Source of the DNA: an uncultured Thermoplasmata archaeon
GTDB lineage: Archaea; Thermoplasmatota; Thermoplasmata; Lutacidiplasmatales; UBA184
DNA: 64,000 nt
Direction: 5' to 3'
Assembly (NCBI GenBank): GCA_963749235.1
Contig: CAVVLV010000001.1
Span: forward strand, 410,989 to 474,988
Part shown: piece by piece, positions 1 through 10,500 of the stretch
How positions within the stretch are numbered: position 1 is the first letter of the stretch
Layout of the letters: each line of letters opens with the position of its first letter
Translations under genes and position numbers: made by a program
The notes under the pieces: generated by a model
What the model was told of the DNA's origin: nothing
Seen by the model: the letters and a program-made list of their open reading frames with translations, nothing else
Database searches by the model: none

Positions 1-28
1 TATCTCGTTTGACTGGCGGGACAACCGC

Positions 29-2188
29 ATGTACGTTGCCAATGGAGGATCCGACAATGTGAGCGTTGTCGATGCGCGCATGAACGTGCCCCTTGCTTCT
101 ATCGCAGTCTCCTACGACCCCGTCGCGCTCTCTCAGAACAATGATACCGGGATTGTGTACGCTGCGGATTGGACGGCAGGCAATGTCGCGGTCATCAACG
201 AGAGTGTCTCGAAAACCGTCAGGTTCCTCGCCCTCAACCCTGGACCCGATCAGGTCACGTGGAACGGACTTACGGGGGAAGTAGACGCCACAACCTTCTA
301 CTCCGGCCAACTGGTTCAAGTCGATGGGTTTTCGGATCAGCTCGTATCCGCAAGCCCGGTATGGTACGCCCTTACGGGTATCGCCGTCGACTCTTCGAAT
401 GGACATGCGTACGTCGCGAGCGGTGCCCGAAGCGAGGTCTATGACGTCGATGGATCTGGTTCCATCCTCGGATTAGCCCCCGTCGGAGACTTCCCAATTG
501 CACTTGCGTACGACGGCACGAATGGTATGGTCTATTCGACCAGCTTGTACAACGACTCGGTATCTGTCATCAACAGCACGACCGATCACTTGGCGAGCAC
601 CATCTCTCTTGGCGGGGTCCTGGGAGCTAACCCCGCCGATATCGTCTTCGACTCAAGTTCCGGCTACCTCTTTATCGCAATGCACGGTTGCCTCTGCTTT
701 GGACCCGCGAACATCACGATACTCAACACGCGGACGAATCGGATAGTTGGCTCCATCCAAGACTGGGTGAATCCCGGGCCTAGTTCCATCGTGATCGACA
801 AACAGAATCGCGAACTCTACGTGACGGACGATTACTCCAACCTGCTTTGGGCGTTCAATCTGTCCACGGACAACCTGACGTCGTTGACACCCGTTGGCCT
901 TGCCCCAGAAGGAGCTGCTCTGGACCCGCTCAACGGGTACCTCTATGTCACCAACAGCGGTTCCAACAACGTGAGTGTAGTCAATACATCGACTAACTCC
1001 GTTCTAGGTTCCATTAATGTGGGCTCGGATCCATTCGGAGTGACATTTGACCCGCTGAGTAGAGATATCCTCGTCGCCAACGAGGGCTCGGGGACGCTCT
1101 CGATCATCAGCGGAGCGTACGCTCCGGTCGCGACATTCACCGAGTCAGGACTGCCTACGGGCACGGAATGGTGGGTCAATGCGACCGATGAATCGTCGGC
1201 AAATTCGACGGGGACGACCATTAGCCTAACTCTCGCGGACGGGTCATACCCCTACACAGTAGCCTCCGCCAACAAGCAGTTTCAGGCGACCGGGGGCACG
1301 TTGATCCTGAGCGGAGCCATTGCATCGGTGTCGGTAGTGTTCACCGAGCTGGCCCACGAAGTGACGTTCACCGAAACCGGCCTTCCCGCCGGAACCCCAT
1401 GGGAGGTCTCGCTCAACGGAACACCGCTTACGTCGACCTCCCCGTGGATCAATTTCACGGAGGTCGCGGGTTCCTACCCGTTCATCGTGGGTGGCCTGTT
1501 CTGGTACGACTCCACACCAACCACGGGGGAGGTCTCGGTCGTGGCTTCTAACCAATCGATTCAGATCGCGTTTTCCCTCGTTCTCGACCAGTTCCTCATC
1601 GGTGAGTCGAACTTGCCTTCGGACACGAATTGGTCCATGACGCTCGGCCAGACAACGGAGTGGTCGACCCAACCCTGGCTCGAATTCAACGTGACCAATG
1701 GGACCTACAACTACTCGATCCGGTCCGTCGACGGGTACGCGGTCACATTCCTGACGCACTCGGACTCCGACGCTGTTGAGTTTCGACTCGCTACGACCGA
1801 TACATACTCCGGTCAACTTCAGATCTACACTCGATGGGTGAACGCGACACTAGAGTTCATGAAAGAACCTAGCACCAGTGGGACTGGCGGTCTGTTGGGA
1901 CTCTCCGAGGTCGATTGGGCCGGTATCATCGTCCTGGTCACGGTCGTTGCAATCGTGGGAGTGATCGCATACCGCAGGTCACGACACCCCGTGCATGCTC
2001 CCGTGTCACCCCCCCCCCCCGCCCGCAGACAAGTAGCCGCGCATACCTTCGGCGCGGGTACTCCCCCCTCGCTCCTCTCCGGGGTCCCTCCACCAATGAC
2101 TGGCGCAAGGCGGCGTGGTTCCACGCGCGGTTCGGGATCACGGTTGGACAGTTACGACTCGCTGCACCATTGGCGGAGTATAGGGTAG
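29..2188 (+). CDS. YVTN/YncE-type beta-propeller surface protein with thermopsin-like C-terminal domains and TM anchor (probably 5'-truncated by window edge)
   Basis: Repeated YVAN/YVTNSGSNNVSV motifs; F-x-E-[ST]-GLP-x-GT-x-W-x-V modules; hydrophobic helix WAGIIVLVTVVAIVGVIAY followed by RRSR. Confidence 0.85.
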   Translation: MYVANGGSDNVSVVDARMNVPLASIAVSYDPVALSQNNDTGIVYAADWTAGNVAVINESVSKTVRFLALNPGPDQVTWNGLTGEVDATTFYSGQLVQVDGFSDQLVSASPVWYALTGIAVDSSNGHAYVASGARSEVYDVDGSGSILGLAPVGDFPIALAYDGTNGMVYSTSLYNDSVSVINSTTDHLASTISLGGVLGANPADIVFDSSSGYLFIAMHGCLCFGPANITILNTRTNRIVGSIQDWVNPGPSSIVIDKQNRELYVTDDYSNLLWAFNLSTDNLTSLTPVGLAPEGAALDPLNGYLYVTNSGSNNVSVVNTSTNSVLGSINVGSDPFGVTFDPLSRDILVANEGSGTLSIISGAYAPVATFTESGLPTGTEWWVNATDESSANSTGTTISLTLADGSYPYTVASANKQFQATGGTLILSGAIASVSVVFTELAHEVTFTETGLPAGTPWEVSLNGTPLTSTSPWINFTEVAGSYPFIVGGLFWYDSTPTTGEVSVVASNQSIQIAFSLVLDQFLIGESNLPSDTNWSMTLGQTTEWSTQPWLEFNVTNGTYNYSIRSVDGYAVTFLTHSDSDAVEFRLATTDTYSGQLQIYTRWVNATLEFMKEPSTSGTGGLLGLSEVDWAGIIVLVTVVAIVGVIAYRRSRHPVHAPVSPPPPARRQVAAHTFGAGTPPSLLSGVPPPMTGARRRGSTRGSGSRLDSYDSLHHWRSIG

Positions 2189-2326
2189 GAGGCCCGGCCG
2201 GGATTTTCTAAATGGGAGGATTTCGATACAATTATTGTCGTCGAATTGAGTTACCTTGGGTTAGCAAAATCCGTTTTCACTCAGGGTTCTATCGTCTTGA
2301 AAGTGTATCCGCCGCCAAGGCGGATC

Positions 2327-3862
2327 ATGAAGCCTCGGGTTAACCCAATCGGCCGCGCCATTATTTCGGTCGCGATTGCTGTGCTCTTTTTCGGTGGGCT
2401 GATGTACGCGACGGGCGACGCGATTGCGGGATCCGATGGGGGTTGCTACTGCCCCAATTGCGGCAGCTGCGGTCTGTGTCCCACAAACTACAACTTGTAC
2501 CCGGTTGCGGCGGCGGCATCAAATGAGACCAATGCGTCCATTACGTTCTATCTAAGCTCCTCGAGTGGGGAGCCCAACGGCGTCGCCAACGTCAACTTCG
2601 GTCTCAACACTTCTTACCTGTGGCCGGCTGCAACAACTGTCGGAGTAGGAGGGATGTTGTATCCAACGACAGTTTCTGTCGGATATCTTGCCCCGAACCT
2701 GACGTACGACTACAAGGTGAGCGCCTCAGCGAGCTGCACGGACACCAATGGCCACCACAACTATGCAGGGTCGACCATCGGGACCTGGACCGACAAGGCA
2801 AACACCATGGGCGCGGTGTCCGGCTACTTCACGAACACAACTGGTTCTCCGGCCCCTGTCGGATCGGTTGTGACACTCTACTGCTATTCTTCTAGCGGCG
2901 TCGCCATCGACAACAACTATGGATGGACGACAACGGCCGGGTATTACTCGCTCTACTTGCCTAGCTTTGCGGTAAATCGGTGCACCGGGGGTCTCGCATT
3001 GAACTTCTTCACGCAGAACAACAAGAACGGAAACAACTGGAACGGAAATTTCAATGTCACTTTCCTCGTTTACACGTACGGTGACTACAACATCGTCGTA
3101 CCGCAAATCTACGTCAGTCCGTACTACCCGATCGGGGTGGGACCCAGTAATGTGATGCAAACAAACGGTGCGGCTGGAAGTTACATCACGTATACTCAGG
3201 GGACGACGTTGACGACCAGCTCCACAACCTGCTGGCAGCTCTTCTGGCTGTTTACTGGGTGCGTTGCCTCCGCGACAAGCGCCGGAGCGAGCAAGAGTTA
3301 CTCAGCAGAAAACGAGAGCTTGAATGTGGACCAGCGCTTCTTAACCACGGGCACAATGGGCTTTGTTGCAATGACTAGAGCGACCAACATCTCTGTGGAT
3401 CGCTACGCGACTTTCGGGAATCCGCTTTCCCCTGGACCAGCCCCGATTCCCACCTTCATGACTCCTCAGAATTTTACGGAGTTCCACCTCTACTATGTGT
3501 CGGGCTGGGGTACAGGAGGACAGGGCCAGTTCATCCAGTACAAGTACCCTATTGGCGGCTCGGTCACGACGAGCACTGTCACTGAAACCGTGGGCGTGCA
3601 GTCGGTTGACTTCTCTATCGGTGTTGACATCTACGACGTAGATATTTCGACATCCGTGGCGGACGTAACATGGTCCCAAACTGCTACCGAGACCCAATCC
3701 AACACGCTCTCGTGGGAGGCGTTCGCGAATGGGTCGAACGGGGAATGCTTCGTGGTTTACGGGGAGGGGGGTTCTCAGTCATCTAACACCGCTGACGCCA
3801 TCGGGCTGTGGGCCTACACGCCGAACGGCGGGCCGGCAGGGTCAAATTGTCCTGACCCCTAG
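2327..3862 (+). CDS. Secreted hypothetical protein with N-terminal Cys cluster, Ig/FN3-like middle and Ser/Thr-rich C-terminus
   Basis: Long ORF; likely ATG at 2327 followed by signal-like hydrophobic stretch; CYCPNCGSCGLC motif; many N-x-S/T sequons. Confidence 0.75.
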   Translation: MKPRVNPIGRAIISVAIAVLFFGGLMYATGDAIAGSDGGCYCPNCGSCGLCPTNYNLYPVAAAASNETNASITFYLSSSSGEPNGVANVNFGLNTSYLWPAATTVGVGGMLYPTTVSVGYLAPNLTYDYKVSASASCTDTNGHHNYAGSTIGTWTDKANTMGAVSGYFTNTTGSPAPVGSVVTLYCYSSSGVAIDNNYGWTTTAGYYSLYLPSFAVNRCTGGLALNFFTQNNKNGNNWNGNFNVTFLVYTYGDYNIVVPQIYVSPYYPIGVGPSNVMQTNGAAGSYITYTQGTTLTTSSTTCWQLFWLFTGCVASATSAGASKSYSAENESLNVDQRFLTTGTMGFVAMTRATNISVDRYATFGNPLSPGPAPIPTFMTPQNFTEFHLYYVSGWGTGGQGQFIQYKYPIGGSVTTSTVTETVGVQSVDFSIGVDIYDVDISTSVADVTWSQTATETQSNTLSWEAFANGSNGECFVVYGEGGSQSSNTADAIGLWAYTPNGGPAGSNCPDP

Positions 3863-3888
3863 AACTCCGGGGGCGTGACGCCCGGGGC

Positions 3889-5205
3889 GTGCCGATGGGT
3901 AGCGGAGAACCAAACCAGCCGAGACGGCGAGCCGCGTTCGCAGGCTTGGTGGTCGGGATTGTCGTTGCAAGTGGAGTCTTCGCAGGATGGGCGGTCACCC
4001 GACCGAACGCCACAGCCAGCCCTCCAGTGATTGACGACGGGCCTACGCTGTATGGCGCCCTACGCGCCATCAATGAGTCCGTACGCAATCAACTAGGTGG
4101 CCCTTGGACGCTGTACGGGGTTTGGGGAATCGCTACTCCACTACCGTTCAGCCCGACATCGATTCCTTGGCCTCGGATCAACGAGAGTGTCAACTCCTGC
4201 AGCGCTGAGTTTCCCGGAGTTACCCTTTGGAACTCCACGATCCCACTGTTTAACGGGACTTTCAACTCCGGGACGGCCCCGTTTTGGCAGTTCGTCTTCT
4301 TCTCCAACGCAAGCCATAGCATCGAGGTAGCAACCGATGTCCTCGGGACCGCTCACGTCTACGCACCCATGCCGTACAACAGCACGTGCGCGGAGTCGAC
4401 CTGGCTTTCTACCGCGTCTCCCTGGAACTGGGCTCTAATGTTGACCAGCTTTCCAGTCGATTCCTCGGTTGCCGCCAAGACGGCGTGGGCCGCAGGCGGA
4501 TCGGAGTGGACGTCGAACAATCCGGGAGGGTACGTGACGTATTACTACGGATTCGCCTACTGGGGCTCGGGCAACCTTATCGGGAACACCGTCAAGTATT
4601 CGCGATGTGGGATCGTCGGTTTCGCCGCCGTTCAACCCGTTCAGATGTTCATTACGAACCCGGGCGGGTCTCTAATTCAGAACTTCAACGGAACTCAAGG
4701 GTGCGGGAATGTGTACCGCCTGGACCCCACGATTTACGCTCCCTACGTGGTCGATTTTTCGATACCGAAAAGTTCCGGCGCAGACGCCTCGACCTGGGTA
4801 AACATGACCCTTGGTTTGACCTCCCCTCCGCTCGACAACACTTTTCCAGCCACGTACGACGCGGGCGGCTTGGTCACATGGATGGTCGCGCTTAACCTCA
4901 CCAACGCCGGTAGTTCTGCGCTGGGGACGGGGGCTCCGGGATGCTCACAATGGGTTTCGAATCTCAGTTCGTGCTCGGGGAACGCCACGGGTTGGTTTGC
5001 GGTTCTTACTTCCGCGAGCGGGGAGTGGCTCGACAGCTTCGGCACTACCTTGCACGGCTCGGCCTGGGTGATCCCTAACGCCGCATTCGTCTCTCAACAA
5101 CACATCACCATCGTTATCCCGAGTTCGTGGAACGTAACCGGAGACTCTCTGAGCATTTCGAGCACCACACAAAACGTCACGGCCAGCGGCTCCGCGAATC
5201 TGTAA
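3889..5205 (+). CDS. Membrane-anchored/secreted hypothetical protein
   Basis: 438-aa ORF; RRR plus hydrophobic N-terminal helix; Trp/Asn/Thr-rich with paired Cys; 26 bp after the previous gene. Confidence 0.75.
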   Translation: MPMGSGEPNQPRRRAAFAGLVVGIVVASGVFAGWAVTRPNATASPPVIDDGPTLYGALRAINESVRNQLGGPWTLYGVWGIATPLPFSPTSIPWPRINESVNSCSAEFPGVTLWNSTIPLFNGTFNSGTAPFWQFVFFSNASHSIEVATDVLGTAHVYAPMPYNSTCAESTWLSTASPWNWALMLTSFPVDSSVAAKTAWAAGGSEWTSNNPGGYVTYYYGFAYWGSGNLIGNTVKYSRCGIVGFAAVQPVQMFITNPGGSLIQNFNGTQGCGNVYRLDPTIYAPYVVDFSIPKSSGADASTWVNMTLGLTSPPLDNTFPATYDAGGLVTWMVALNLTNAGSSALGTGAPGCSQWVSNLSSCSGNATGWFAVLTSASGEWLDSFGTTLHGSAWVIPNAAFVSQQHITIVIPSSWNVTGDSLSISSTTQNVTASGSANL

Positions 5206-5336
5206 GTGCCAGACCCGCCCGTGGTCGGGGCCTTCCCCGCTCGCTCCGCTCGCGGGTCCGCCCCGCGCCGGGATTGTTATCACGGTGAACGGATTTCACG
5301 GCTGACGCGGAAATCGACGCATGACGTCCTTTGACC

Positions 5337-6989
5337 GTAACTGTTCACGCGGTTGAGCGCGCCCTCGAAGGCTGACCGCTCAGGATCCGGGTCAGTGCGC
5401 TCGTGATGACCTGCAGGAACTCCTGCCCCTTCCGCTTCGTCGTCTCGTGCACGCTCTTGAGACGAGCGTAGGTCCGGGCGCCTACCGCGCTCCGCATCCC
5501 GCCGCTCATCTTCCGCTTCACGCAGATCGAGCGGATGGCTCGCTCCCCGGCGTTGTTGTGCCATGGGATCCGAGCATCCCGCACGAACTCGAAGAGGTGC
5601 GACATCCGCTTCACCAGGTTCCGCGAGATCCGCGCCACATCCTCGTCCTTCGAACTCGGGTCGCACCAGCGACGGATCCGGCGTTCGTAGGCGCGGGCCT
5701 TCTTCTCCCTCGCGTGGAGCGCTGAGGCCGGGGTCTTCTCGGACCACTCCACCGCCGAGCGCACCAGCGCTCTCAGTCGATGAGCGAATCGAAGGAAGGT
5801 GGTCGGTGGGTGCCCGCGCCGCTCGTAATGCGGTGGCGATAGGTCGCGCGGACCTCGAGGGCGGATGCCATGCGCGACCTCCACCGCCTGGAGATGACGG
5901 TTGATGTGGATCCAGCAGACCCCTCGCTTCCCGTTGAGGCAGTTGTAGGCGCACCAGTCGTCGGAGACCACCGTGCCGGGGAAGTCCCGACCCAGCACCC
6001 GTTCCACGACATCCTGCCCCCGACTCGGGTCGAGCTCGTAGTAGGCGGCGAGCTCCGAGGCGAACGACCAGGCCCACCAGTTCGCGCCCCCCACTCGGAG
6101 CGAGGTCTCGTCGGGTTGCACGAGGTGCGCCGAGCGCACCTCCTCGCGGATCGCCGCGTACTCCGGCCCCAGCTGCTCCGCGGTGAACTCCAACAGCCCC
6201 TGGATCTCCCCGACACTCACCGAGAGGCCGGCCATCGTGAGGAACACCTCCTGGATGCGGCGCACGGGGAGCCCCATCATCGACAGGAGGACCACCATGC
6301 TCGCGAGGCGCGGGCCGAACTGGCGGCCCGGGAGCGCCTGGTCGGTCGTTCCCTGCACGTAGCGATGGCACCGTCGGCACCAGTAGCGGTGGACGAGGAT
6401 CCTCAGGACGAACAGGTAGGCCGGGACCAACTCGGTGACAAACCGCTCGTAGGAGTCCGATGGGTCGTCGAGCTTCTTCCCACACTCCGGACAGCGGTCG
6501 AGCGTCAGGTCTAGGGTCTCGTCCACATGGTCGGGTCGCGGACGGACGTGAGGAGCGTGGCCGGGTTGACCCCCCGGATGCCGGCCCTTGGGACGAGGCT
6601 CGGCGGGAGCGGGCATCGAGGGTCGGTCGACCTGCTTGGAGGGAGGGGTGGCGACCTTCAGCGAGGCGAGATGACGCTTGAGCCGATCCAGCTCACGTTC
6701 TCGCTCTCCGAGCTCCCGCTCCCGTTCTTCGAGCTTCCGACGGAGCTCGCGGTTCTCACGGCGGAACTCATCGCGTTCGGCCTCGAGCCGCTCGAGGCGC
6801 CGGAGGATCTCTTGGCGTTGCTTCTGGTCGAGGGTGATCGGTCCTTCGTCCTCGGGAGCGAGAAGGAGGCGGGGGTCCCGAGCGGCCATGAGGTCCTCGG
6901 GCGACCGGTGAACGGCTCGCTAGATTTCAGTACTTTCTATGAACGCGCACGCGCGCGCGTTCGGCCTGCTCAATTCGGTGAACTGATAC
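5337..6989 (-). mobile_element. Complete IS66-family insertion sequence (single-ORF, ISBst12-like), 1653 bp
   Basis: Terminal inverted repeats GTAACTGTTCAC (5337-5348) and GTGAACTGATAC (6978-6989), 10/12 match; perfect 8-bp target duplication CTTTGACC at 5329-5336 and 6990-6997. Confidence 0.95.
5345..6889 (-). CDS. tnpC: IS66-family DDE transposase
   Basis: N-terminal coiled coil, PGGQPGH, CPECG...CRRC zinc finger, QPDET, VSDDW, CWIHINRH, NNAGERAIR motifs; stop codon lies inside the TIR. Confidence 0.95.
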   Translation of the reverse strand: MAARDPRLLLAPEDEGPITLDQKQRQEILRRLERLEAERDEFRRENRELRRKLEERERELGERERELDRLKRHLASLKVATPPSKQVDRPSMPAPAEPRPKGRHPGGQPGHAPHVRPRPDHVDETLDLTLDRCPECGKKLDDPSDSYERFVTELVPAYLFVLRILVHRYWCRRCHRYVQGTTDQALPGRQFGPRLASMVVLLSMMGLPVRRIQEVFLTMAGLSVSVGEIQGLLEFTAEQLGPEYAAIREEVRSAHLVQPDETSLRVGGANWWAWSFASELAAYYELDPSRGQDVVERVLGRDFPGTVVSDDWCAYNCLNGKRGVCWIHINRHLQAVEVAHGIRPRGPRDLSPPHYERRGHPPTTFLRFAHRLRALVRSAVEWSEKTPASALHAREKKARAYERRIRRWCDPSSKDEDVARISRNLVKRMSHLFEFVRDARIPWHNNAGERAIRSICVKRKMSGGMRSAVGARTYARLKSVHETTKRKGQEFLQVITSALTRILSGQPSRARSTA

Positions 6990-7029
6990 CTTTGACCTAT
7001 CCTCGGTCTCATCACTGCACTATCGCAAC

Positions 7030-7521
7030 ATGAATCGGCCAGCGCGCTGGGCTGGCGTCGGATTTTTCCTGTTCTTCGCCATCCTCATCGCTTGGCAGCT
7101 CGCAGTCCACGGCTTCGAACCGATCCTTCTGGCCCTTGTCGCCGGGGACGCGTTCCTGGTTTGGTTCGTGATGTACTACACTGCTCCCGGCCCGGTCGAA
7201 CTACGGCAGGCCGAGTCGGGTTTCGAGTTTGTCTACGCGGGGGGCCGGGCACGCCAAGTCGCGATTAAGGGGGCCCAGCTACACTTCAAGCTGGTCGAGC
7301 GCGTCTTGAAACCGAACCCTGGTCGATTTGAGAAGGCCATCGACGACGCTCGCTACTTCGCGGTGGTGGGAGTCGACCGAATTGCCCTAACCCCGGAAGC
7401 GTTCGAATTCCTTGCTGGAAGCATCCTGCGTGCAGGCTACGCTACGCGGACCCGAATCAAGCCGAACCCCCCAGTGGGTTTTTGGCACATCCAGGAGTTC
7501 GATCGCGCGAAATCCAGCTGA
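7030..7521 (+). CDS. Two-TM membrane protein; 5' end possibly split off by the IS66
   Basis: Two N-terminal hydrophobic helices then a soluble domain; in frame with ATG at 5321 once the IS and one TSD copy are removed. Confidence 0.65.
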   Translation: MNRPARWAGVGFFLFFAILIAWQLAVHGFEPILLALVAGDAFLVWFVMYYTAPGPVELRQAESGFEFVYAGGRARQVAIKGAQLHFKLVERVLKPNPGRFEKAIDDARYFAVVGVDRIALTPEAFEFLAGSILRAGYATRTRIKPNPPVGFWHIQEFDRAKSS

Positions 7522-7572
7522 GTTTTGCTCCGCCTCTGGATCAGACTTCCCAATCTTTCACCACCCCCTTTC

Positions 7573-10500
7573 CTAATCATCTGGGACAGCCGTGTCAGCT
7601 GGGCCAGGGGCCCCATTCTCTCTCGGCGAACTGCTGGCCCGACCTTCTGTCCCACCTTGGCTCTCCGGTTGGGCGGATTTGGGGTGGGACGGGCCCATTG
7701 GGACAGCTGCGTCAGAGATTGGTCCAGCAGGTCGCAAGTCGTAGACTCGAAACCGTGTTCCCTCAAGCCGGCTCCGTCTTCGGTCTAGTCCAAGGGACCG
7801 CAATGCAGTGCCTACCTGCTGCTCGGAGTACGTTCCACGCTCGGAGGCCCTCAGGAGCGCGAGAACCTCTTGGGGGGTGGATTCGGCTCTTCCCGCGACC
7901 AGAAGGGCGCTCACGACCTCCCGAACCTGGCTGACTAGGGGGTCGGTCTCAACCACCGGCAACGGGGGCCGGTCCGCCACCTCCGCCTCGACAGCCCCAG
8001 ACCCGCTCAGGAACGGCCAGACCTGTATCCCAGGAGTGGCGAACGGCCGGAACGCCGCCCTCCCCTCCTTCCACACCAGCCCGACCCCGTCGGCCCACAG
8101 AGAGAGGCCCGGGAACCCATCCTCGACCAACGCCAGGGTCCTCGGCACCGCGGAGCGGTCCGGCAGGACGATCAGGACCCGGTGGCCAGCCGCGCGGGCT
8201 TTCTTCACGTTCCGGATGACCTGCCCCGCCGCCTTGGCCACGGTCGAACACTCGACTTCGACATTGTAGGTCGCCGAGCCCCACTGGAACTGGCCGTCGG
8301 GGGTCAGGATGCCCGCGACCTGCTTCGGGACGCTGAGAGCTATCCCGCGCTTCTCCAGGAAGACTGCGAACTCGGTGAGCGTCTCAATGTGCTCCTCCCC
8401 CTCGTTCCGACGGCCCTCCAGGGCCGCCAGATGGACCTGTCCCCGCGAAGTGAGGCGGAGTCGCCCGGCGTCTTCGTTGGGCTCCACATCGCCTTCGGAA
8501 GCGGCCAGCGCGAGCGCACCGTCCAGCTGGGCCCCAGGGAGCATGGTCGAGTCCTCCAGCTCCTCCCGGGTCCTCGGGCCCGTGGAGAGGCCCGCCATCA
8601 CGCCTTGGACCACCTCGGGCCCGACGAGCCACGGGGAGGCCTCTGAGTCCTCCCGCTGGGCGTATCTTCGGGAACTCTCGGTCACGGTCCGGTGGTTCTC
8701 GGTCGCCAAGGGACCCAGAGGCGGGCTGGGGTCGGTCGTGAGCTTCACGAGGCCCCCTGACACGGCCAGGGCGACCTCGTGCGGCCGGAGGCCGTCCACT
8801 AGGTCCTGGGGGGTCCAGCCGTGGGTCTGCCCGTTGACGATCTTCCACGCGTCGTCCATGTCCTCGACGCCCAGCGAGAACAACAACCACGCGTCCACGT
8901 TGCCGAGCAGGGCGGCCCGGACCCGGGGCGGGACGCGGTGGAGGAACTGCGTCGCGACCACGACGTGGAGGCCGAACTTCGCTCCCTCGCTCAGCATGTC
9001 GGCCAGCGCGGGGATGGCGTAGTTGTGCACCTCGTCGAGGACGAGGTAAACCGAGTGGTCGGGCCGTCCGGACCGCTGGACCGCCGCCCACAGCTGGCTC
9101 AGGTAGACCGCGCCGAGGAAGTTCGCTCCTTCGGCTCCCAGAGCCGATTTGGAGAGGTTCAGGAGCAGCAGGCGGTGCCTCAGCAGGCGGTCGAAGGAGA
9201 CCGCCCCGCTCCGCTGGCAGAGCGCGACCCGCAACAGGGGGTTGGTCGCGATCTTGCCGACCTTGTCGAGCGACGACATCGTGAACTGGTAGTCCAGCCG
9301 CGGCAGGTGCCGCTCGAGGAAGTCGCGGAGAGGCCCGGGAGGGGCGGTCCGGATGAATCTCTGGAGCGCGGGCTTGGACGAGAGCAGGTGGTACGCGTCG
9401 ACCAGATTCGAACCCGGTGTCTGTGACAACCCTTGGACCAAGGCGCGGAGGACCAGTTCGGCCCTCCCGCCGATGCTCTCCTCGCCCCACGCGCTCCGGA
9501 TCGCGGCGAGGAGGTCGCCCGCGAGCGCCTCGGCCCAGCGGTCACGTTCTGTATCGCTTTCTTCGTCGTCGACCGGGTCCGGCTGTCGGAGCAGGTTGAG
9601 GGGAACCGAGACCATGGTTGTGCCATCTTCTTGGAAGGTGGCGTGGGCCGGGTCGATCTCGATTGTCTCCGAGGCAATCTCTGGAGAGAGGCGCGACTCG
9701 ATCCCCCCTACGAGCGTCCCCGTGGGCTCGACCACGACTACGGTCGCATCGGGTTGCTTCGCGAGGATCTGGAGAACCAGATTCAGAGCCAGGGTGGACT
9801 TTCCCGACTGGGTCCGCCCCAGTAGGGCCGCGTGATTCCACTCCGGGGGGAGTGCCACGTGACGACCGTCATAGGCCCCGAGGATGAACTGCGGACGGGG
9901 ACTGGGCTCGGGATCAGGGTGGTACCGCAAGACCCGAACCGTCGGCAACTGGGGGGCGACCGGGGAGCGGGAAACCAGGCTCTCCCTACCCGCCCTTCCC
10001 CGCGGAGCTCCTGCGTACGAGCACTCCGGGTGGTACGTGGCCCACGGGATCGAGAGAAGGTGTCCGAGTTCGGTCGCGGAGACATCGCGGCGCCCGCGCC
10101 GGTTCGAGAACCGCGCGAAGTCGTGGGTCGCGAAGGCCGCGTGGAAGGGTTGCTCCTTCTTGCGCGGAATGACCTTCCACGTCCGCCAGGGGACGCCGCC
10201 GAGGGTGGTCCACTGTTCGAGCCATGCCCCGAGCGCGATCAGCGACTGGTCCGGTTGCGGGCCCATCAAGTGGGCGCGCAGCTCGACGTGGTAGGCTGGT
10301 TCGGCCCGACGGGCGTCCATCTCGGCCCGCAAGGCGCGGCCGTGCCGCTCCGCGTAGCTCATATAACGGGCCGAGAAGAGACCCGACTCCCAGACCCGGG
10401 CCCGCTGGAACAGGAGCTGAAGGACCACGTCGTGGTCCTGGAGCGTCTGAGAGCCGAGGGTCCGAAGGAGGAAACCTGCCGCGTCCGCATCTTGAGGTAT

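Noticed and set aside
2009..2020. C12 tract as a phase-variation switch
   Set aside because: It lies after the TM anchor and alters only the cytoplasmic tail; homopolymer length is unreliable in this assembly
5283..5292. CGGTGAACGG outside the IS matching 6906-6915 inside it
   Set aside because: Only 10 bp, with no partner end or target duplication; the true IS ends are defined by the TIRs and TSD
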